Assembly: GCF_009914755.1 (NCBI RefSeq)
Contig: NC_060935.1
Direction: 5' to 3' (one strand)
Source of the DNA: the human T2T-CHM13v2.0 reference genome, Homo sapiens
DNA length: 64,000 bases
Shown here: in pieces, positions 56,596 to 64,000 of the stretch
How the letters are laid out: the number at the start of each line of letters is the position of its first letter
Numbering within the stretch: the first letter of the stretch is position 1
The notes under the pieces: model-generated
Databases searched by the model: none
What the model saw: the letters and a program-made list of their open reading frames with translations, nothing else
What the model was told of the DNA's origin: nothing
Program-made: the position numbers and the translations under genes

Positions 56596-56924
56596 CCCAG
56601 CCTCCCAATGAGCAGGGCAGTCTTCCTGACCCAAAAAATAAATAACACAAGGAGCCTGATGTAGAAACAGGTTCGATATGTCTGAAAGAGAGAGGGATGG
56701 ACAGCGTGACTTCCCACATATGCGAGTAGGCTACAGCCACAGACATAGTCAGGGCCTAGAACACGCAAGGCTTTGAAGTGAATTCGCATCCAATTTCATG
56801 TATAATGGGTGGGTGTGGTGGAGTTTGAAACAGGAATATGAGATAATCTGAATTTACAAAGATCAGTCTCTGTTCTGTGTATAAGGAATATGGGGAAGGG
56901 AGATCACCCAGGGGCTCTTAGCCA

Positions 56925-57870
56925 CTCTGGCCCACTTGTTCTTTGAACATTCCAATCACACTCTCCACCTCAAGGCCTGTGTCCTTCCTGTGTCCTCTGC
57001 CTGGTGTGCTCTTCCCTCAGATATTTATTTCCTTAGGTCTCTGCTCAATGTGACTTAATGAATAAGGCCTTGCCCATTCACTTGCATAAACCAACATTCT
57101 ACCATGAGCCAGTGCTCCCCATGGTCCCTTTGCCCCTGCTTCATTTTTCCCCATTGCACATGTTGCCCCCTGACACCTGACATAGAGGTTTTCCTTGATT
57201 ATTTGTTCTCTGTCCCCCACCCCAACCCCAGATCTACAGTAGAAGCTCCATGGAGGTAAGTACTGTATTGGTTTTGCAGGCACTCAAATATTTGGTGGAA
57301 TGAATGAGCCACTGATAACAGTAGTGAGTTCTGGATGTATTTAGGAGATATTCTTGAAGAAAAGTTGACAGTGTATGGTGATGGATCAGATGTGAGTGCA
57401 AGGGAAAGAGGAGAGCCATCCTGGGATATTCCTAGATTTACAACTTGAGTACCTGGGATGAGTGGGAGACACAGAGGGGGGCAGAGTGGGGAGTCGGAGC
57501 ACTACTTTGGTTCCATTAAATTTGAGATGCCAGCAGACATCCATATCCAGGTCAACCAGCCTGGACTTCCTAGAGGTGTAGATTTGGGAGACACAGACTT
57601 ATTGGTGGTGTCGAAAGCTGGGCAACTGGAAGAGTTCTCCAAGGGGTTGAATGAAGACGAAGATGATCAGAGGGCAAGAGGGCAAGAGGACTGAGCTCTG
57701 GTGCACTCTGATATTTGAAGTTCAGAAAGAGGGAGTTACAGCTGCCGGCCAGCAAGGTGGGAGGAAACCTGGGAGCAGAGAGGAGAAACTGTTGCTGGAG
57801 GGAGTAGGAACGGGGCCAGATGCTGCTGGGCGGCCAAGTAAGATGAGCAGAGAGAGGCGGTGATGCACTC
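56925..57870. mobile_element. L2 fragments in both orientations
   Basis: cctcaaggcctgtgtccttcctgt...ggcactcaaatatttggtggaatgaatga, then aaatttgagatgccagcagacatcca; ends approximate. Confidence 0.6.
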
Positions 57871-58823
57871 AGCTGTGCAGGACCATGGCAGAACTATCCT
57901 CCAAGCCACTTTCCCCAGAGGAATCGGGTGGGGTTGGCTCCTGGCTCCCCAGCCCTTTTCTTACATTCCACAGCATCCATGCACACTGGAGATGTTTGTT
58001 TTTGGTCTCGTTTTCCAAAGGGTAGGCTGAGAGCAAATGCTTGTTTCCAACCTCGAAGGATTTGTAAGAATGTGCAAATCTAGATGTGAGAGGGAGTTCA
58101 AAGACAAAACCATAGGCAGAGGAGTTGGGCTTAGGAAATTCCCCAATCCGTGGGCAAAAGGAATGGTAGTTGTGGTAAGGCAACGTTTTCCCACACTCGA
58201 GGCATTTTAAAATTAGGTATGCCACCAGCCCTGACTGTGGACAAGACAGTGGAAAAAGGCTTGAATCACAGTTAAGGGACTGAGTAGGGAAAAACACACA
58301 TAAGGTGTCTTCAGTAAGCAGTTTATGAAGTGGACAAGCATGTATTGAGCGCCTAGTGGGTATAGTTCAGGAACACAGGCTCTAGAGCTGAGCAGACCTG
58401 CCAGGTTTGAATCTGCCTCTATCATTTTTACATGGTGCAGTCTTGGGCCTGCTTGTGTCCATGTCTCTGCCTCCCCATTTTAAAACTGGAGATAATTACA
58501 GTACCTCTTCATGGAGTGAGTAATGTACAAAGGAAATGGAATAATATACTTCAAATACCTAGCCCATTTGTTTAGGTATTCCATAAGCATTTGTTAGGTA
58601 CCCATTATGTAAATGTGATCAGATGCCAGAAATGATGCAGAGAATAACCCTGGTCCCTGAGGAGCCAGCAGCCAAGCAGAGGTAACATGTTAAGTTGAAA
58701 TGAAATTATCAGCGATACAGCATAAGTCTAGTCAGGGAAGGAACTAGGGGAGAAGGCTCTGTCTTGGGCATTAGGATTAGGGACTAAAGCTTAGTTAAGG
58801 CTGCTGCAAAAGAATGTGTTTTC

Positions 58824-59114
58824 TTTTTTGTTTTGAGACTGAGTTTCGCTCTTGCCTCCCAGGCTGTAGTGCAGTGGCGCGATCTTGGCTCACTGCAACC
58901 TCGACCTCTCAGGTTCAAGCGATTCTCCTGCCTCAGCCTCCTGAGTAGCCGGGATTACAAGTGCCCGCCACCAAAGCTACACCACCCAGCTAATTTGTGT
59001 ATTTTTAGTAGAGACGGGGTTTCGCCGTGTTGGCCAGGCTTGTCTCGAACTCCCCACCTCAGATGATCCACCTGCCTCAGCTGGGATTACAGGCGTGAGC
59101 CGCCAACCCGGGCC
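58824..59114 (-). mobile_element. Alu (AluS) with small internal indels
   Basis: Perfect TSD aagaatgtgttttc at 58810 and 59115. Confidence 0.94.
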
Positions 59115-59939
59115 AAGAATGTGTTTTCAACATCATGTCTACGTTATAGGGCATCTGTCTCATGAGGCCTCATCATTGTGTGTTTCTGAGAGCTGGCTGA
59201 TTCTGGAGGAGCATAGGGAGGACAAAGTCCTCCCAACACAGACTTTCTTCATTTCAGTTTGGTACCGTTTGTAAAGTCAAGGGTTTAGGCCAAGCTCTGC
59301 AAAGTAACCCATGTGATACGTTCCACAACGTGAGTGCCAAGAAGGTATTTTCTCTCTTGCTGAGAGCTTTCTGGGAAAAGGGTGCAGATCAGGTGAAGAT
59401 GACTTGAGCAAGGTGCCTTATCGTGGAGTGCTGGACAGACGAGCCTCACATGGTGTCAGCCAGAACAGACTGTTCTCTGCAGTGAATCTGAGCCTTCAAG
59501 ATTCATGTAGGACATGATTTGGCTAAGAAGGGAGTATCACAGTGAAATTTTGTTCAGACTTTACACTCCATTTAAACCAAGAAACCATAGTCTTCTCAAG
59601 ATAGAACCAGTTTTTGCAAGCTCCTCCTGCAAACCTCCCAAACCGAAGAAAAAAAAAAAAAGCATGGTTCTATCAGTAAACCCCACAAACCACAGGCTAT
59701 TCAAAGTACAGAGAGCTGAGAAAGAAAGGATGTTGCAAATTCTAAAGACATTTCTGTCTCGCCCTTTTAGTCCTGAATCTATTGGCTTCAGTCTCTCAAA
59801 AGTGTGAGATGGAAATAATTAGATCATTTTCAGGAGTTCTTTGGGTTTTTCAATAAGATTTTGAAGCTAAGAATCTTCCTTGGTGACTGGTAACTTTTAA
59901 AAACATAAGGTGGTTTTACCGTGTCTCTCAAATCAAAAA

Positions 59940-59956
59940 AGTTCAGGTTCAGGTCA
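59940..59956 (+). promoter_or_regulatory. Consensus DR5 nuclear-receptor element (candidate RARE)
   Basis: AGTTCA-ggttc-AGGTCA; motif match only, function untested. Confidence 0.4.
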
Positions 59957-61104
59957 AGAAAAGAGCAACAGAAACATTTGGCTATTCAAGTGTTAAATTT
60001 TTCTTCCAGTTCTTTCTGCCCCCGAAATACAATTTCATCTCTTTTAACAATTTTATAAATCATTTTCCTTTGGGAATTAAAATTTCCACACCCTCACCCA
60101 GTTTTACAGGTCAGGTTTTGTTTGGCCCCAAACCCATAGCTTGGGTCTTGGAGAACCAGACTCATGTGATCATTTATTTCTGCAGAGACCACATGCTCAT
60201 CATCTCCTTTAGACATAATCAGCTTCAGCTTTGTAACTTTATGAACTTGAGAGTGGGGGTGTTTGGGGTTGTTTTTCTGTCTTCAGTCCAAGAAATGTCA
60301 AAGCTTTCTATTCTGGATCACCCAGTAACCCAGATGCTAAGATCGTCGAAACTCACAGAACTATTTTTTTTAAGAGAACTATCTTTCCTAACATTGCAAT
60401 TCATCACGACTTGTATGATCTTCTACTTTGTGCTGATTTGCCAGGTGTTTGAAGAGCAAACCTAAGTAACTAAGGAGCCTAAGCTAGAAGAACCACCTCT
60501 TCAGAAAGAGGAACTCAACAGGGTCCCATGGTGACCTTGACCTGGTGTGCAGCAGGGAAAAGAAGATAATTAGCCAGGCTGTTGCAGAGTTTTCAGATAC
60601 AACTTTGGCTTGCCTGTCACACCATCCCGTCTGTTCTCTAACTCCCTGAAGAGGTTTCCCTTCTTGCCCTGAGTGTGTTAAGCAGTGTGGGGGCTGAGAG
60701 AACTAAAGAAGGTTGATCTGTCTAGACACTTTTAGGGGAGTGAGTTTTCAGAATGTGATCAGGAACAGATTAACACCTTCCACGCATATCTTTAGGTTTC
60801 ATCCCCATTTTGGCAAATAAAAATCACCCCTCAGTTGTTTAATAAAGAAGTTTCTAATCTTTAAAACAGTAAGCTGACCCTGCTTCTCTGAGTCGGTTTG
60901 GAACTCAAGGGCGTGTGGTGTCATGGAAGCCCAGCTGTGTACACATGGTGGGGGAGGGGGTTATCAAACTGGAAGGTTACTACTCCCTTTTGCCAGCTCC
61001 TGCTTATCCTTATATTCCTGGAATTTTGCTGAAAGGCACACCAAAGCCATTCTGATTGCCAGAGCTCAGCAAAGAAAGAATGTAGAGAATGAAATCTTGT
61101 CTCT

Positions 61105-61315
61105 AAAAATAAAAATAAAAATAAAATTTAAAAAGTGAAACCACAAAAAGCAGGAAAAGAGTGAAAGACAAAAATAGGAACTCAGGAAAAGAGTGAAAGA
61201 CAAAAATAGGAACAAAGAAAAAGGACAACAAATAGAAAAGTAACAATACAGTAAATAATAATCTAACTATATTAACGATTTTAAACATCAGTGGTCTAAA
61301 TAAACCAATTTAAAG
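61105..61315 (+). mobile_element. Old L1M inter-ORF/ORF2-start fragment with a 32-bp-period tandem duplication
   Basis: caggaaaagagtgaaagacaaaaataggaac at 61151 and 61183; ...tggtctaaataaaccaattt. Confidence 0.6.
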
Positions 61316-61504
61316 AAGAAAAAAAGAATACAGAGAAGGAATAAAATCTGTTTTCAGGTGCTTTTGGCATTGTCACCCACAGGAAGCACCAGGCAGCTGG
61401 TTATTCACAGTTACTGCTAAACAAACCTGATGATTGATGTGGACCAGTGTTCAGTAGGGGACTAAAGGGAGCTGCTTTCATCAGTAACATTCCTCTTTCC
61501 CTAG

Positions 61505-61658
61505 AATTTCCGAATGCATGGATAGTGAAGCTGAGACCGTCATGCAGCTCCGAAATGAGTTAAGAGACAAGGAGATGAAGCTGACGGATATCCGCTTAGA
61601 AGCTCTCAGTTCTGCCCACCAGCTGGACCAGCTCCGGGAGGCCATGAACAGGATGCAG
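61505..61658 (+). CDS. NAV2: NAV2 exon R, 154 nt, phase 2 to 0 (coiled coil)
   Basis: ccctag|AATTTCC...ATGCAG|gtgaga; ISECMDSEAETVMQLRNELRDKEMKL...MNRMQ. Confidence 0.94.
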
Positions 61659-62845
61659 GTGAGAGCCCAGGAGCATGGGCTGAGCTCAAGGCTGTCTATG
61701 AAGGAGCTCCCAGAGGCTGCTCTCCACTAAGCCCTGAGGGCTACATCAGAATCTGGTGGCGGCCCTCGCTTTCCCAGCCTCTATCTCTTTTCAGTCCCTC
61801 CCACACATTGCTCAAAGACCCAGTCTTTTGGAAGAATAAGAGTACCCATGCTCTTCCTTTACGTAATACTTTTGGTGACTCCCCTGGTGCCTGTGGCATG
61901 TGGTACAGTCTCCTTCAGCTGGCCTTCAAGGCCTTCTGCAGGGTCGTTTCCACTGTTAATCCACACCACCCTCCCCAGCTCCTCTTCCCAGAATCTACTC
62001 GCCAGCCAGATGGAGTCGCTGACTGCCCCCTTTGCATCCTTGGAAATTCCTCTTTCATATTGTTCCCTCCACTGGGTATATTCCTCTGCACATCCAAGTT
62101 AGACCCTTCCCTTAATGCTCGGCCTGATTCCTTTCCAAGTCTTGCAGCTGGAGAGTTAGTACCCTTATCTGAGTATTCCTGTAGATTTGTTCTTACAGCC
62201 CCTCCCACCTTCTGCCATGGAGTGAAGACATTTGGGTCTTCTGGGCTTTTTGCATACCTTTCTGTGGACATAGCACCAATGCCTTGCACATTGTAGGTTC
62301 TTCATGAATATTCGTAGAATGAAAGATACCTCTAGAGTCTGCTGGGATCTTAATGGAGTCAGTGTTTCACAAAGGAGGTTCCCTGAAACACTCTTTCCAT
62401 GAGAAGCTCTATGAAAGGAGAATACCTTGATCAAATATGTTTGGAAAATGCTGCACACCATGTGCCTCTGTTCAATTCATGGCGTAGAGGAGCTCATTAA
62501 AGATTCTGAGAAGTCCTGCAGGAAAGAAGCCTGTAAAAGCCAGAGTTGCACAAACCTCTTAGATCATAAGACTCTTTTTCACTTAACCCTCAAGCAGCAG
62601 ACTCTGGGAAGCATTTCAGAGGTCTTTTCAAAGGCCTGTTCTCTGAATGGATGGACCTCCCATGGCAGCATGTCTTATGTCTACAGCAGGGTTAGCAAAC
62701 ACTGCTAAATCTCTCTGAGGGTGTTGTTCGCCTTGGGTGGAAGACCAGCCTGGTTTCTGCAGGGAACTTTCAGATCCTTCCTTCAGAAAAATCTTGTTCA
62801 CATTACTTCTGCCTACTAAGGGAGCTTCTCCATTACTCTTTGCAG

Positions 62846-63008
62846 AGTGAAATAGAGAAGCTGAAAGCTGAGAATGATCGGCTGAAGTCAGAGTCTCAAG
62901 GCAGTGGCTGCAGCCGGGCTCCTTCCCAAGTGTCCATCTCTGCCTCCCCGAGGCAGTCCATGGGCCTCTCCCAGCACAGCTTGAACCTCACTGAGTCAAC
63001 CAGCCTGG
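62846..63008 (+). CDS. NAV2: NAV2 exon S, 163 nt, phase 0 to 1
   Basis: ttgcag|AGTGAA...AGCCTGG|gtgagt; SEIEKLKAENDRLK...TESTSL. Confidence 0.94.
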
Positions 63009-63738
63009 GTGAGTGGCCTACAGGGTTTGGGGGCAGGAATGGACCTACAGCTGGCACCCTGATCTCTAAGCGAGAACCCCAAAATAAGCAGATCAACAGA
63101 TCAAATGGAGAGGCAACAGGCGTGTGTGCACTTGGGGTGTGTATGTGTCTGGGTGTGAGTCTGCTACCAACATGAGCCCAGCCGTTAGACTGCTCTCATG
63201 CTTTGCTCCAGCACCCCAAATTCTCCAAGCCCTGAGCTTGGATCCCCTCGCCCACCATGCTGAGTTTGTTTGATCCATTTTAAGAGGCTGACCTGCAAGC
63301 TGAATGCTGTACACAAACCCCATAGTAGCAGGTCTCAGTTGAGGCAGTGGCTTGGTCTATGATCTTCCTGCCTTCAGGATGGATTCCAGGCTGGTGCAAC
63401 CATCAGTGAACACAATCTAGGTTTTCTTTGTAAGCGTATTAAGGCTGATGCTTTTATTTTTTATCCATGATGCTGCTGCTGTTGTTGTTTTGGTTGAGTC
63501 TCTCCCTCGCACTTCCATCCGGCAAGGTGCATTGTCAGCCTACTGGTTCTTTGGTTGGTCCACCATTGGTTTCTGTGATTGCATTCTCCATTTTGCCCTC
63601 TCCTCTTCCCCTACCCCCCCACCCCCTGCACCCTGACACCTGTTTGTCCCGCTGCTGTGCCAACCTGCAGCGGGGGTGTCAGGAAGCTGGCTTTGCTGTC
63701 CCCATGTGCCTAAGGCTGTTGATGTTTTCCATTCGCAG

Positions 63739-63839
63739 ACATGTTGCTGGATGACACTGGTGAATGCTCGGCTCGGAAGGAAGGAGGCAGGCATGTTAAG
63801 ATAGTTGTCAGCTTTCAGGAGGAAATGAAGTGGAAGGAG
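63739..63839 (+). CDS. NAV2: NAV2 exon T, 101 nt, phase 1 to 0
   Basis: ttcgcag|ACATG...AAGGAG|gttagt; (D)MLLDDTGECSARKEGGRHVKIVVSFQEEMKWKE. Confidence 0.92.
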
Positions 63840-64000
63840 GTTAGTTGGATCCCTTTCCCTGCTTTGCCTGTCCCTCCCCCAGGTAGAACTACCTAGCTTA
63901 GTGATCTAATTGTAAAACCTCTATCACCTTGGAGCCTAAGGTGATTTGGAAATACTACTAACCCTTCTCTTAACTAACCATAATCCCTTGCAGCATTCTG

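Noticed and set aside
63499-63526. Cryptic microexon gag|TCTCTC...GGCAAG|gtgcat
   Set aside because: 28 nt (frameshifting), weak GAG acceptor and weak donor

Overview
Primate (human-like) genomic DNA, judged from its AluJ/S/Y and L1PA content. The whole window lies inside one + strand gene, which I recognise from the translated exons as NAV2 (neuron navigator 2, unc-53 homologue, also called RAINB1). I resolved 20 consecutive internal coding exons with GT-AG boundaries. They join into one stop-free frame (3256 nt, about 1085 codons) covering the Ser-rich cytoskeleton-interacting region, both coiled coils and the approach to the AAA+ domain. Start and stop codons lie outside the window. The introns hold 14 Alus, a 4-kb 5'-truncated antisense L1PA, MIR, L2, MLT1 and MER fragments, and microsatellites. 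I found no new gene system. The best leads are regulatory: a 9-nt microexon with neural-type splicing motifs, an in-frame duplicated 5' splice site, an in-frame tandem 3' splice site, inverted Alu pairs around a phase-matched exon block that could give a stop-free circRNA, a perfect DR5/DR0 nuclear-receptor element in a retinoic-acid-inducible gene, and an AP-1 motif cluster. Exon letters A-T are my own labels, and repeat subfamily calls were made by eye.
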